Shown here one piece after another: positions 37,842 to 47,143 of a DNA stretch of 62,220 nucleotides. Made by a program: the position numbers and the translations under genes. Source of the DNA: a virus. Taxonomy: Duplodnaviria > Caudoviricetes. The notes under the pieces are model-generated. The model was not told where the DNA came from. It was given only the letters and a program-made list of their open reading frames with translations, and ran no database searches. The DNA lies in IMG/VR virus record IMGVR_UViG_3300009609_000004, positions 1-62,220 of that record, one strand, 5' to 3'. How positions within the stretch are numbered: the stretch's first letter is position 1; each line of letters begins with the position of its first letter.

Positions 37842-38283
37842 CTTCATGGTGATTTGCTTCGTGTACCAATGTCGCGCAGATGGATTCGGCGGTTCGGCCT
37901 TTCGTGGTTACGGTTGCAGTTCGCTTCCCGTTAGATTTAAGCGTCGCCCGCCCAGTCCACTCATTGCCGTCGTCGCTTAACGCCTCGAACTTATCGACAT
38001 AGGTTACTTCGTCGAGATTCAGTGTCACGTAATCCAACCAGCCGGCAGACTCCAGAATGTCGCGGTGTTCATCGCGGAGCCTTAAAGGATGGGAAGGAAT
38101 CAGGGCCGGACTTTTAATCGGCGGCGGCATAGGTGGCGGCTCGGCATCACTCATGTCCACAATGGCAGCACAGGCGAGCGTAAGAATACATACGATAAAC
38201 GCCCTACCGATGAAGTGGTCAGTGTCCACGATCACTCCGTACCACGGGATTTTCTTTCTGGGTGTCGGCCCAAGCGCAATCAT
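37765..38283 (-). CDS. Membrane-anchored HExxH (zincin-like) protein
   Basis: TM segment, Pro-rich linker, LVHEANH. Confidence 0.55.
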   Translation of the reverse strand: MIALGPTPRKKIPWYGVIVDTDHFIGRAFIVCILTLACAAIVDMSDAEPPPMPPPIKSPALIPSHPLRLRDEHRDILESAGWLDYVTLNLDEVTYVDKFEALSDDGNEWTGRATLKSNGKRTATVTTKGRTAESICATLVHEANHHEAKRETGSWSSQGEAASACRYPRTSA

Positions 38284-38735
38284 TTGGCCTCCTTCGTTTC
38301 AGTCGCATGTTTCGCGTCCCATTCAGCTGCGCGTCGTTCGCGTTCCTTTGCCCGTTGCGCATCTTTGATAGGCTCTAGTTCGCGCTCCTTGGCTCGCAAC
38401 AGGAGAGAGTAACGAGCACTTTCAATGGCCTCCTGTAGCGTGTTCTCCCATACGAACCCGAAGCTATCCCGGCTGTATAGCGCGAACTCATACCCATATT
38501 TGCTATAAGCCTCGCGGCCTTGTTCGAACTTGATCGGATAGCCAGTCTCTTGCTCCAGCGCGATTACCTCGGCCGGCCGCGTGTCGACTGGAGCGATAAT
38601 TCTCCCGCGATCTTCACCTGTCGGGAGTTGGATTGTTGTTGTACCCCGCTTCACTTGTCGGTTGATTCCATGTGCCAGCGTTAATAAGAAGCTGACAGCG
38701 AATATCAAAAGCAGAATTCCGTGTGTAATTTTCAT
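38280..38735 (-). CDS. Membrane-anchored hypothetical protein
   Basis: N-terminal hydrophobic segment; coupled. Confidence 0.6.
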   Translation of the reverse strand: MKITHGILLLIFAVSFLLTLAHGINRQVKRGTTTIQLPTGEDRGRIIAPVDTRPAEVIALEQETGYPIKFEQGREAYSKYGYEFALYSRDSFGFVWENTLQEAIESARYSLLLRAKERELEPIKDAQRAKERERRAAEWDAKHATETKEAK

Positions 38736-38956
38736 CAGCTCACCCTCGCCTTCCTGTACGCCAGCACGCGTATCCGGTGCATGACGTCGCTTTCGCCTTC
38801 TTCACGCGGGAATTCTCCGAGGTAATGGAACCGGCCACTGCAGCGCGAGCACGCAGCCTGGTTGCCTTGCGTCTTGCGGTAGATCCGGTGGCGATCTTTC
38901 CCAGAACACTCGTAGAGGTGCAGGTTTGTGGGTTCGTGCTTGGTGTCGATCATGTT

Positions 38957-39526
38957 TTAGTCCCAATATGCAGCAGGGTTGCGCCAGTCCGGATACTTCT
39001 CGTCAAGCCACGCTTCGGTCTGCTCGCGGAGTGCGTATTTCGCGTCATAGTCTCCTCCGACTCCGAGTTCATGGATGCGCTGATTGCCGTCCTTGACTGC
39101 CACGACGTTGTCGCCTGAGTAGCCGGCATCGACGCTGTAACGGGTGCTAACGCTCAACGCGGCATTGCGATCGTAGAATGCGGCCTTGTAGAAGATGCTG
39201 GCCCGCTCGCGGCCCTTGTCATCGACAAGTCTTGACCACATCGAATGATCCGTCGCGATTTTCTTCCAGCCGTTCGGCAGCGACGCGTTGATAAACAGTG
39301 GATCCCCAACAACGACTTCGCCGAACTGAACACCGGCCGCTTCCAGGACGGCGCGACCATTCACACCCATACTGGACGGCAGCGTTTCAGACGCGACGAA
39401 GGTACGCTGCCCAGCCGCCTCCTGCCGCTCAATTCCTCCGGGCGTCGAAGCCGCGATAAAGTTTTCGATATTGCCATCGACGAGTGCATTGATTGCCGCT
39501 GGACTGATTCCTTCTTCTTTCTTCAT
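38957..39526 (-). CDS. Phage hypothetical protein
   Basis: GGIERQEAAGQ...LP.GW...TDHSMWS...IFYKAAFYDR...YPDWRNP..YW; AAGGAG RBS. Confidence 0.75.
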   Translation of the reverse strand: MKKEEGISPAAINALVDGNIENFIAASTPGGIERQEAAGQRTFVASETLPSSMGVNGRAVLEAAGVQFGEVVVGDPLFINASLPNGWKKIATDHSMWSRLVDDKGRERASIFYKAAFYDRNAALSVSTRYSVDAGYSGDNVVAVKDGNQRIHELGVGGDYDAKYALREQTEAWLDEKYPDWRNPAAYWD

Positions 39527-39737
39527 TGGATCTCCTTGTGGTTGATGTTTAAGAGTCGTTCACGCTTTGCCGGTTCACACATCTTCTAAGGCGTCCCGTC
39601 CAGGTGCTGCGGGTTCGTCCCGCCGGGCTGTTCCGCGATGATCTCTTCTCGGCAGTGGAAACAAAAATTCTTACGCTCGTATGATTCTCTTGGCTCCGAT
39701 GACTGCTGAACTCGCCTCGGCGCTGGTTTTCTTTTTT

Positions 39738-40376
39738 TCAGAACAGCCCTGTCTTCGTGACAGGCGTGTTGTGCTCGACGCGCTTACTGCAGTCCGTCTT
39801 CGTGAGATCGCAGAATCGGCATTCCTGGAAACTCGGTGCGATCGGCGCCGGCGTTGAACTGGCAATGCGGTCGATCGTGGCGATGATCATTTCGCGCTGT
39901 TTCTTCGGGAGGCAACCGATCTCGAGCCGGTCACCAACGTACTGCAGTTCTCCGCGGACCGGTCGGTCAATGCACGCTGGATGCGTCAGTGGAAGGACCA
40001 TCATGTAGATCAGAACCTGAAAATGATCACTATCGCGCTGCTTTCCGGATTTGCAGTCGACGACAACGATGTCGTCTTCCTTGACCGCCACGATATCGGG
40101 CTTCCCCTGTAGCGTGCATGATCGGCCATTGAGCGTGAATTTGTTTTGATCCTCGACTGTGACCGCGTATCCCTGCTGGCGCAACTCTTCGGCTCGATTG
40201 CGAACCATTTCGCCGTGTCTGGCTGTCCAGGCGATTAGGTCGCCGGACCGAGGCGCTTTCTCGTAGTCTTTGTAGTGCGCCTTAAACCAGGCCGACCATT
40301 CGCAACTCTGCTCGCCAGCAAGAATCTTCGTGATCCATGTGGGCCAGATGTACGGTTCGTTTCTAGGATTGGCCAT
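39738..40376 (-). CDS. PD-(D/E)XK (Cas4/RecB-like) nuclease
   Basis: GKPDIV...DCKSG...FQVLIY, C-x2-C-x6-C. Confidence 0.8.
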   Translation of the reverse strand: MANPRNEPYIWPTWITKILAGEQSCEWSAWFKAHYKDYEKAPRSGDLIAWTARHGEMVRNRAEELRQQGYAVTVEDQNKFTLNGRSCTLQGKPDIVAVKEDDIVVVDCKSGKQRDSDHFQVLIYMMVLPLTHPACIDRPVRGELQYVGDRLEIGCLPKKQREMIIATIDRIASSTPAPIAPSFQECRFCDLTKTDCSKRVEHNTPVTKTGLF

Positions 40377-40397
40377 GTTTTCTCCCTTGTTGAGTCT

Positions 40398-41225
40398 TCA
40401 TCGTTTTCCCCGCTTCCTTTCCCTCGCATACGTAAACCCGCGTTCCCACGCCTGGGCCATTGCTGCGTTGGAATAGGGAACGTTTGAGACGCCACGGCCC
40501 TTTTCGCAATCCGATCTGCCACGCTGGAATGCTGCCCGAATTTTGTCCTGCGTGACGCCCGCGTGCGCAAGAGGACCGATACGGCTGGGGTTGATTCGGT
40601 TCATTGGAGGCCGTCCCGACCGAAATCATTCGATCGCCACGGATCGCTGCTCTGACCGGGCCCGGTTGGTTTATTCGCCTTCTGCCGTTCCTCTAAGGCT
40701 TGTGCGATCCTGTTGAGTTTTTCAACGACAAACACCAGGCATGCGACGATGCACACAAGTGACGTGAGTCCGAGTGCCACAGCGAGTGCGACGTTTCTCA
40801 TTTGCGTTTCCTCCCATGCAGACCATCGACGAACTCGCGCCTGGAATCGAGCAGATCGACGTTGAAGTAGGTCTTGTGGTCGGTGAAATAACAGGTGCGA
40901 GTCATGGGGTCGAGTTCACCCTTCGAACTTCTCAGAACCTGAGCGCAGAATGGACGGTAATTACTGCACTGCCCACACGACTTCCCGTCCGGGATCGTCA
41001 TGCTTGCCACAAGATTGCGGGCTTGATCAGGGGTGAGGGTCACAGCTTCTGCCACTTACACATTCGATGCAGGACGTACCACCAGCCAACACTAGAGCGC
41101 CAAAAGTTCGCCTTATCCTCCGTAATAAAACACAGGACCATCGCTGCTCCACACATGAACAAGCAAAGCCTTTGCATGGCCCGTTCGACCTTTGTGTACG
41201 GCGGTCTAATTTGATCCATTCGCAA
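40398..41225 (-). other. Four small coupled hypothetical ORFs
   Basis: 40398..40604, 40601..40801 (TM), 40798..41055 (Cys-rich) and 41040..41225. Confidence 0.5.
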
Positions 41226-41847
41226 TCTCCTTCAGCTTCCCAATCAACTGCTTCGCCTCCGCTCTGGTAGGACCGATGAGTCCGTGCGTTTCGGAATGGC
41301 GACGGTGACACTGCAGAAACCCTTTGCGAGTGAAGTCGAACTCACTCCCGGCCGGCAGCGTTGCAATTCTCTGAAGCCCCCCAACGTTCTCAATCGCAAA
41401 TTGCGTACGCGCGTCGAACGGCTTCGGTCGAATGAGATAGCCGCCGTTGTACGGCTCCTGAGTCGTGTTCGCCTTCCATCGCTCTGAAAGGCGCACGTCG
41501 AGTCCGATAAACAACGGCTCAATTTGTGTTTCGTTGCGCCAGAACGCATTGAGCACCCATCGCACAAGGTTCCACGCCTTCTCGGCTTCGTACTGGTCGA
41601 TCGCGTCTTCGTGGCCAGTGATCAAAGAGCGAATCTCCCCCGGGACCGGGAAGTGCTTCCCAGTGCGATGCCACTCTTCGAACGCCGCGGCGAGGGCCGA
41701 TACTGGAACGTCCATCAGTGCCTCAAGAAAACTGTCATTGATCGTGTGCAGGTCTTCTGCCTTCCGGTCGTACTTCGGGAAGATGTCGTGAAAGCGTGCC
41801 GTCCATGGGCCAATAATCGCGATACGGAGTTCTTCGTCGGTTGGCAT
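41206..41847 (-). CDS. Replication-associated protein (helicase loader/inhibitor-like)
   Basis: L.D.P...L.AA.......FP.PGEI...EA..AW pattern. Confidence 0.55.
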   Translation of the reverse strand: MPTDEELRIAIIGPWTARFHDIFPKYDRKAEDLHTINDSFLEALMDVPVSALAAAFEEWHRTGKHFPVPGEIRSLITGHEDAIDQYEAEKAWNLVRWVLNAFWRNETQIEPLFIGLDVRLSERWKANTTQEPYNGGYLIRPKPFDARTQFAIENVGGLQRIATLPAGSEFDFTRKGFLQCHRRHSETHGLIGPTRAEAKQLIGKLKEIANGSN

Positions 41848-42014
41848 TATTTTGGTGACCGTTTTCGCAGTGGCGTTCGCTTTCCTTGTTTCAGAAGTTC
41901 GGCCTCCAGCCTCTTCACCAGCGCCCAGAGGGATGCGATCTCAATGCGTTGACTCTCGATGATTTCGTTCAGTCGCTTAGTGGTCATTTGGTTACCTCTT
42001 CGTGGTGGTCGGAC

Positions 42015-43289
42015 TCATATCAGCCCTGCCTTTCTCGCGAGAGTAACGAACGCAAGCGCAGCGCACAGCGGGACCACTGCGTTTCCATAGCTTCTGAGCT
42101 GATCGACGCGGTGATGTCCGCCCAATTGGGATGAAATCCCATCAGCCATCCAACGAAGTTCGGGTTGAGTTTCTTCTTCTTGCCGGTCGTCTGTCGGACC
42201 GCATCCGTCAGCTTCGTCCCCGAATGCCTGCCGCTCTCTGTTGAGTAGGACATCGCGGCGCTCGATGCTGCGTCCTGACTCGTCGCCGTCGGCCACAGCG
42301 GGCGCGAGTTCCGGCCATCGTTCGATGATTTCTCGCCATGCTTCACGGTTTGGTCCCGGTGGAAAGGTTGGAAGATGTGCGTAACGAAGTTCGGGAGCTG
42401 ATCCAGATGTTTCCTGCCCCCCCCCTGTTTCCGTTACGTGCAGGGTTGAGTTGTCGCCCTTGTAATCCCGGTTCGCTGGCGTCGGCCACTGCCCGGCCTC
42501 CCGGTTCAGGTTCCGTCCCTGCGTGCTCTTGTCGTCTACCCCCGGCCGGCGTCCGTCGTGAGCGTTCGGCGTGCTCCAGAATTCCGCCGCGTTCTCCAGT
42601 CCGACTTGCGCCTTGCCGTTCGGTGTCTGACCTTTCGTCGCTACGTATTTCGGGTCGAGCTTCCGGCCTCCGTTCGGAACGTTGAGAGTCGGCCAATCGT
42701 CCACCTGGTGCGACAGGTAAATCTGATCGTGATTCTTCGTGCGATTGCCCAGCTTGGATGGGCGATGGTCGCGATTCTGCGGAGTACGCCAAGATGAACA
42801 CTCGCTCTCGTCGATGGCTCGCGCCGACTTCAGACGCTGAAAACACGCCCCATTCCGCATCGAACCCCATCGCGGAAAGGTCTCCGAGTACTCGTCCCAT
42901 GTTTGCGTTAGTAAGGAGCCCTGGCACGTTCTCCACGAACACGAATCTTGGTCGAGCCTCGCGAATGGCTCTTGCGAACTCAAACCAGAGTCCACTGCGG
43001 TTGCCTTCTTGAATTCCAGCGCGCTTGCCGGCAACAGAGAGGTCTTGGCAAGGGAAGCCTCCGATAATCCCATCGACTCCGCGCCAATCTTCAAAGTTGA
43101 TGGCGCTAACGTCAGAAAAGATAGGAGCGTCATCAAGCGCCCCTTCTTTAATCCGTTTCGCCAGAACTGCGGCTGCATAGATTTCCCTCTCCACGTACAG
43201 AACGCAGCGAGCATCGGCGGCAAGGTGGAGTCCGAGATCAAGCCCCGCGACACCTGTGAAGAGAGAGATGTAGGTAAGTGGAACCACAC
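42015..43289 (-). CDS. Alternative-frame (beta-like) methyltransferase polypeptide; as sequenced it ends in the motif-X tail
   Basis: GTG 43289; FPRWGSMRNG and repeated W(P/S/R)TP motifs; after the G9 tract it reads RVDQLRSYGNAVVP. Confidence 0.65.
   Translation of the reverse strand: MWFHLPTSLSSQVSRGLISDSTLPPMLAAFCTWRGKSMQPQFWRNGLKKGRLMTLLSFLTLAPSTLKIGAESMGLSEASLAKTSLLPASALEFKKATAVDSGLSSQEPFARLDQDSCSWRTCQGSLLTQTWDEYSETFPRWGSMRNGACFQRLKSARAIDESECSSWRTPQNRDHRPSKLGNRTKNHDQIYLSHQVDDWPTLNVPNGGRKLDPKYVATKGQTPNGKAQVGLENAAEFWSTPNAHDGRRPGVDDKSTQGRNLNREAGQWPTPANRDYKGDNSTLHVTETGGGQETSGSAPELRYAHLPTFPPGPNREAWREIIERWPELAPAVADGDESGRSIERRDVLLNRERQAFGDEADGCGPTDDRQEEETQPELRWMADGISSQLGGHHRVDQLRSYGNAVVPLCAALAFVTLARKAGLI
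42343..43287 (-). CDS. C5-cytosine DNA methyltransferase (motifs I-VIII), frameshifted before motif X
   Basis: SLFTGVAG, GGFPCQD, ENVPG and HRRERVF; stop at 42343; motif X lies in another frame. Confidence 0.85.
   Translation of the reverse strand: MVPLTYISLFTGVAGLDLGLHLAADARCVLYVEREIYAAAVLAKRIKEGALDDAPIFSDVSAINFEDWRGVDGIIGGFPCQDLSVAGKRAGIQEGNRSGLWFEFARAIREARPRFVFVENVPGLLTNANMGRVLGDLSAMGFDAEWGVFSASEVGASHRRERVFILAYSAESRPSPIQAGQSHEESRSDLPVAPGGRLADSQRSERRPEARPEIRSDERSDTERQGASRTGERGGILEHAERSRRTPAGGRRQEHAGTEPEPGGRAVADASEPGLQGRQLNPARNGNRGGAGNIWISSRTSLRTSSNLSTGTKP
42417..42425 (-). repeat. G9 homopolymer at the frameshift point
   Basis: CCCCCCCCC on the + strand. Confidence 0.95.
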
Positions 43290-43291
43290 CG

Positions 43292-43666
43292 CTACGCCTT
43301 CCCCAATTTATTTCGCATCCAATCCTTCGCCACATCGACCGACGTCTTCTCGACTCGCCCGCATTCATCCGCCCAACGATCGATCCGTGCGCAGAATATC
43401 GAGAGCGGCGGCTGCTTCTTTTCAAAGCTGTCTCGACGCTTGAGGTAGCAGAGCCAGTACTGCTTCAACTGCTCGATGCCGTATTCGTCGGGGTACGACT
43501 TCGTAGCCTTCAGCATGTCGCGCACGGCTCCGATGTCACGCGGCCGGATGATCAGCGGACTGCCTGTCCCTTCCCGGTAGGTCGTCGCAGCGAAGTCGAG
43601 GAACGGCTGGTGCCGAGGATCCGCCGGCTCGCGCTGCTGCTTAATGCCTGGGAAGAGGGTGGTCAT
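43292..43666 (-). CDS. Hypothetical protein resembling the C-terminal domain of phage replication initiators
   Basis: Start MTTLFPG (ATGA-coupled); pattern resemblance only. Confidence 0.4.
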   Translation of the reverse strand: MTTLFPGIKQQREPADPRHQPFLDFAATTYREGTGSPLIIRPRDIGAVRDMLKATKSYPDEYGIEQLKQYWLCYLKRRDSFEKKQPPLSIFCARIDRWADECGRVEKTSVDVAKDWMRNKLGKA

Positions 43667-43949
43667 GCGCGCTTCCCTCGCTTGAACTGATCCCGCGCCG
43701 CACAGTCCGCCCAATGCGGTTGCCATCGGCCGTCATCCATGCGCGACAGCGGCATCGGCTTTCCGTTCGGGGTCGTGGCAAATACGATCATCGTTGGACA
43801 GCCCTTACAGCGGACCCACTGCTTGCCAGACGTGTAGCCCTGCTCGCGTAACTGCTCCCCGGTTTTCGGCCATTGCTGTTTCCGCATACGCTTCCTCTGC
43901 CCGCAGACGATTGCGACGGTTCCGTCTGGAAGTTGGACCTTACTGCAGG

Positions 43950-44297
43950 TCACTGCTTGATTTCTGGGAACGTAGCCACGGTCCGCCATGTCTTGTTATC
44001 TGAACTGCATTGCAATTGGAACGGTCGCTGTCCTTTGAAGACGCGTATCCATCCGCATCCATCAAGCACCGGAGCGCCCCTTTTCGTCGTAGCTTGAACG
44101 GATGCAGTCGTCACTTCGTGAAGCTGCGCGGCGAGCCGCTGTCCTTCCAGTTGAAGTGCGTTATTCATGTCTTTCAGCATCTCGACGTGCCTGTCTTGGA
44201 CTGGCTGCGAGGTCTCGACGAACTGGTATTCGTACACGCTGCGAGTGATCAGCCAGCCGAACAGAAGTCCGAGGGCGGCGCACATGACCGTTTTCAT
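43950..44297 (-). CDS. Membrane-anchored hypothetical protein
   Basis: N-terminal TM; coupled to the SPFH gene. Confidence 0.55.
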   Translation of the reverse strand: MKTVMCAALGLLFGWLITRSVYEYQFVETSQPVQDRHVEMLKDMNNALQLEGQRLAAQLHEVTTASVQATTKRGAPVLDGCGWIRVFKGQRPFQLQCSSDNKTWRTVATFPEIKQ

Positions 44298-45244
44298 GAC
44301 CGCTCCGATGTCGCAAGCAACGAACCTTGAAGCTGTGTGAGCAGGTCCTGTAGGGCGCCGGGGCTATGCGGCATCAATATCGTGTTCGACTTTCCTGTCG
44401 CGCCGATCTCCTTCAGCGTGTCGAAATACTGCGTCAGAAGGACCATCGACATCACTTCCTTGGCCTCGACGCCTGTTGTTTTCTCGAATGCCTGGACCGA
44501 TTCCTGAAGTCCGGCAACAATCGCTTTTCGCTGATTTGCGATACCTTCGCCCTGGAGTTTCTTCGACTCGGCTTCAGCCTCTGCGGCCTTAATCGCGAGA
44601 ATCTTACTCGCCTCACCGCGCGCCTCTGCTGCGATGCGTTCGCGCTGCGACGCAACAATGTCGTTCATTGCAGCCTTGACTCGCCCCTCAGGCTCGACGT
44701 CGGTAACGAGCGCGCCAATAATCTCGTAGCCGAAGTCCCCCATGTCCTGCGACAGTTCCCCCTTTACCTGATTCGCGATCTCGTTTTTCTTTTCGAACGC
44801 CTCGTCGATCAGCATGTGAGGAACCTGCGATCGAACAACGTCGAACACGTAGGCCGATATCTGCGCCTTGGGGTCGTCGAGTTTGTAGAACGCTTTCTCA
44901 GCGTCTATTACCTGATACTGAATCGCGAGGTAGACTTTGACGAACGTGTTGTCCTTCGTCTTCGTTTCCACTTCCAGATCGAGTTGCTGTATCCGCATAT
45001 CCATCGGCTCATCGCGATCACCGTCATCGTCAATGTGGCCGGCCGCGGCGATTTGATCGATGAACGGCACTTTGAAGTTGAGTCCTGGATCGGCAACGCG
45101 AAGGAATCGGCCGAACCGCTGCACGATCTTGCGTGTTCCGGTATCGACGGTGAAGAGAGCGGATGCGAGCGCCGACGCAGCGACACCAGCGAGAAAAACT
45201 GCGACTGCGATAAAGATGATCGTTTCGGTAGTGAGTTCGGGCAT
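44294..45244 (-). CDS. SPFH/band-7 domain membrane protein
   Basis: TM; IVQRFGRF...PGLNFKVPFID...VETKTKDN...YVFDVVRS...LLTQYFDTLKEIG. Confidence 0.93.
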   Translation of the reverse strand: MPELTTETIIFIAVAVFLAGVAASALASALFTVDTGTRKIVQRFGRFLRVADPGLNFKVPFIDQIAAAGHIDDDGDRDEPMDMRIQQLDLEVETKTKDNTFVKVYLAIQYQVIDAEKAFYKLDDPKAQISAYVFDVVRSQVPHMLIDEAFEKKNEIANQVKGELSQDMGDFGYEIIGALVTDVEPEGRVKAAMNDIVASQRERIAAEARGEASKILAIKAAEAEAESKKLQGEGIANQRKAIVAGLQESVQAFEKTTGVEAKEVMSMVLLTQYFDTLKEIGATGKSNTILMPHSPGALQDLLTQLQGSLLATSERS

Positions 45245-45246
45245 GG

Positions 45247-45624
45247 TTAATCGGGCCTCCGTCTATTTGGGTAGTCTCGAAATTCGCTAGCGCACAAGAT
45301 CGCGTCCATCGCCTTCGCGCGGATTCTTTCGTACTTCGGATCGGCTTCCGTGAGGTTTGCTGCGATGGTCAGCGCGTTTTCCGCCCACCCCTTCACGAAT
45401 CGGTCCGCCGTGTCATCTTGAGCTCGCAGCACAAAGATCGGCTCGTCATCTGCGGCTTTCACGATGCAGGGTGAGTCCGTGGTGTTGTTCCTGAGAACGT
45501 GGGTCGCCTCGTCGAGCGCGACGGTAAATCGATCGCCGCCGCCTTCAGGGCAAAGCGACTCCAGAATTGAAACGAGTTTCTTGATCTTGTCCTGAAACTC
45601 GAGCGTGCGTTTTGTGTGGCTCAT
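45247..45624 (-). CDS. Phage hypothetical protein
   Basis: CIVKAADDEPIFVLRAQD motif. Confidence 0.65.
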   Translation of the reverse strand: MSHTKRTLEFQDKIKKLVSILESLCPEGGGDRFTVALDEATHVLRNNTTDSPCIVKAADDEPIFVLRAQDDTADRFVKGWAENALTIAANLTEADPKYERIRAKAMDAILCASEFRDYPNRRRPD

Positions 45625-45711
45625 ACCGTCTCCCCTAATTTCTTCTGTAGGTGGTGGATCATCGCGATCACGACCACTGGCAGGTGGTTGATTTCGTACT
45701 GGTCGATCGTC

Positions 45712-46818
45712 TTACGTCTCGATTGCCGGCGCGTACTCGCGCTCGGTCATCCCAAATGTCCATGCGACTGCCTGTCTCGCGGTTTTCATATCTGGAGGAA
45801 CGCGGAGCGCGTATTTCTTGAATGTTCCGTCCGGTTCTTCCGTCGAATTCACGACGTGAACAACCACCAGCGGCTCATCCTCGGGAAGTTCCTTGCGATA
45901 GAGCGCGCCGGTTTCGTCGGAGTGGATCAGCTTGGCGCCGCTCTCGAGGATGTACCGCTCGTACCCCATGCGCTCGATCATCACGCGTCGGACTTCGGCG
46001 TTTTGTTCGGACTCGATGCGTTCGGCCGTAATGGATTCGGGTTGCTCGATCACATCTTGGGGTACGCGGACACCGTGCCAGTAGTAGACCGCCCAGCCAT
46101 CTCGGAATGCGACGGCTGGCCCGTTGGGATTGTGGAGCCGCGTGCGTTCGTCTTTGTGAATTGCGGATGGCCGTTCCGACATGAATACGATTCCTTCGAA
46201 TGGCCACCACCAGAACGCAGAGTCCGCCAAGTCGGCCCATTGATCAAGCAACGCCGCTTTCGCCGGATCGTATGGCATGTGCATCTGCAGGTATCGATGG
46301 GGGAATACGTAAAAGGAAATCCAGTACGCTTCAAGTGAGCCCCAGAAGTAGTCGCTAAAATATTGAAGGCCGTTGTCCCGGAGGTTGTCCCCGAGGTTGG
46401 CCCCGAGGTTGTCCCCGAGGTTGTCCCGGAGGTTGGCCCCGAGGTTGGCCCCGAGGTTGGCCCAGAGGTTGTCCCCGAGGTTGGCCCCGAGGTTGGCCCA
46501 GAGGTTGTCCCCGAGGTTGGCCCAGAGGTTGGCCCGGAGAGAATTACTTGCTTTCTCAGAAACCGGCTGCTGTTTTTTAGCAGCCGGCGAACGTAGCAAT
46601 AAGTTCATCGCGAGCTGCGACACCATGACGCCGTCAGACCACCAAAAATACGGCGCTGGGCGGCCGATCTGACGATAAAAATCCGTGATCGTCGCCTCCG
46701 CACTCGTGCGACTAGCTGGCTCCGTCGATAGGCCGCGTTGCAGCCATTCGCTACGAAACGCCACCAGTTGCCGTTCCTGGTCGGGTGACAACGAGTCGAT
46801 TTTCTTGACCTGTCGCAT
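45712..46818 (-). CDS. DUF6745-like protein with tetrapeptide repeat array
   Basis: WWWPFEG...SERP...LHNPNGPA...YYWHGV...NAEVRR...YALRVPP...AVAWTF; start ATG 46818 after GGAGG. Confidence 0.75.
   Translation of the reverse strand: MRQVKKIDSLSPDQERQLVAFRSEWLQRGLSTEPASRTSAEATITDFYRQIGRPAPYFWWSDGVMVSQLAMNLLLRSPAAKKQQPVSEKASNSLRANLWANLGDNLWANLGANLGDNLWANLGANLGANLRDNLGDNLGANLGDNLRDNGLQYFSDYFWGSLEAYWISFYVFPHRYLQMHMPYDPAKAALLDQWADLADSAFWWWPFEGIVFMSERPSAIHKDERTRLHNPNGPAVAFRDGWAVYYWHGVRVPQDVIEQPESITAERIESEQNAEVRRVMIERMGYERYILESGAKLIHSDETGALYRKELPEDEPLVVVHVVNSTEEPDGTFKKYALRVPPDMKTARQAVAWTFGMTEREYAPAIET
46372..46539 (-). repeat. 14 x 12-bp tandem repeat CTC-NGG-GMC-AAC
   Basis: Encodes L[G/W/R][A/D]N fourteen times. 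Confidence 0.95.
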
Positions 46819-46831
46819 GGGATGCCTCCGC

Positions 46832-47143
46832 TTAGTCGGCCACGTTGCGAATTTCTTCCGGCGAATACTCGCGTTGAATAACCCGCTCGTAGTTGCCAGG
46901 CGCCAGGGTGACCGTCGCGTGCTCCTCGTGGTTAAGGTCGGCAGGCTCTTTAACAGCGAGGTACATCGTGCCGTCACCCTTCACGAAGACATCGACGTTA
47001 TCGAGATCGTGAATCGCATGCGCGTGTCCGGTAACTTCGCCATAAGCGAGCACGATTCGCTCTTTCTGTTCAGTTAGTTTTGCATCGACCGGAATCGCAT
47101 CGATGCGCTTCAGTAGCACATCACCTTGTCTGTACATTTCCAT
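46832..47143 (-). CDS. Small His-motif protein upstream of the DUF6745-like gene
   Basis: YRQGDV...LAYGEVTGHAH...HEEH...QREY; AAGGAG RBS. Confidence 0.8.
   Translation of the reverse strand: MEMYRQGDVLLKRIDAIPVDAKLTEQKERIVLAYGEVTGHAHAIHDLDNVDVFVKGDGTMYLAVKEPADLNHEEHATVTLAPGNYERVIQREYSPEEIRNVAD

Noticed and set aside
27957-40376. Two Cas4-like nucleases as a CRISPR-Cas system
   Set aside because: No cas1/cas2, effector genes or array; stand-alone PD-(D/E)XK nucleases are common in phages.
44366-45250. Long antisense ORFs (also 1659..2354, 59821..60642, 61198..61908)
   Set aside because: These are shadows of well-supported genes on the opposite strand, expected in GC-rich DNA.
46372-46539. 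12-bp repeat as CRISPR or a DGR variable region
   Set aside because: There are no spacers, no reverse transcriptase and no template/variable repeat pair; the repeat is in-frame coding.
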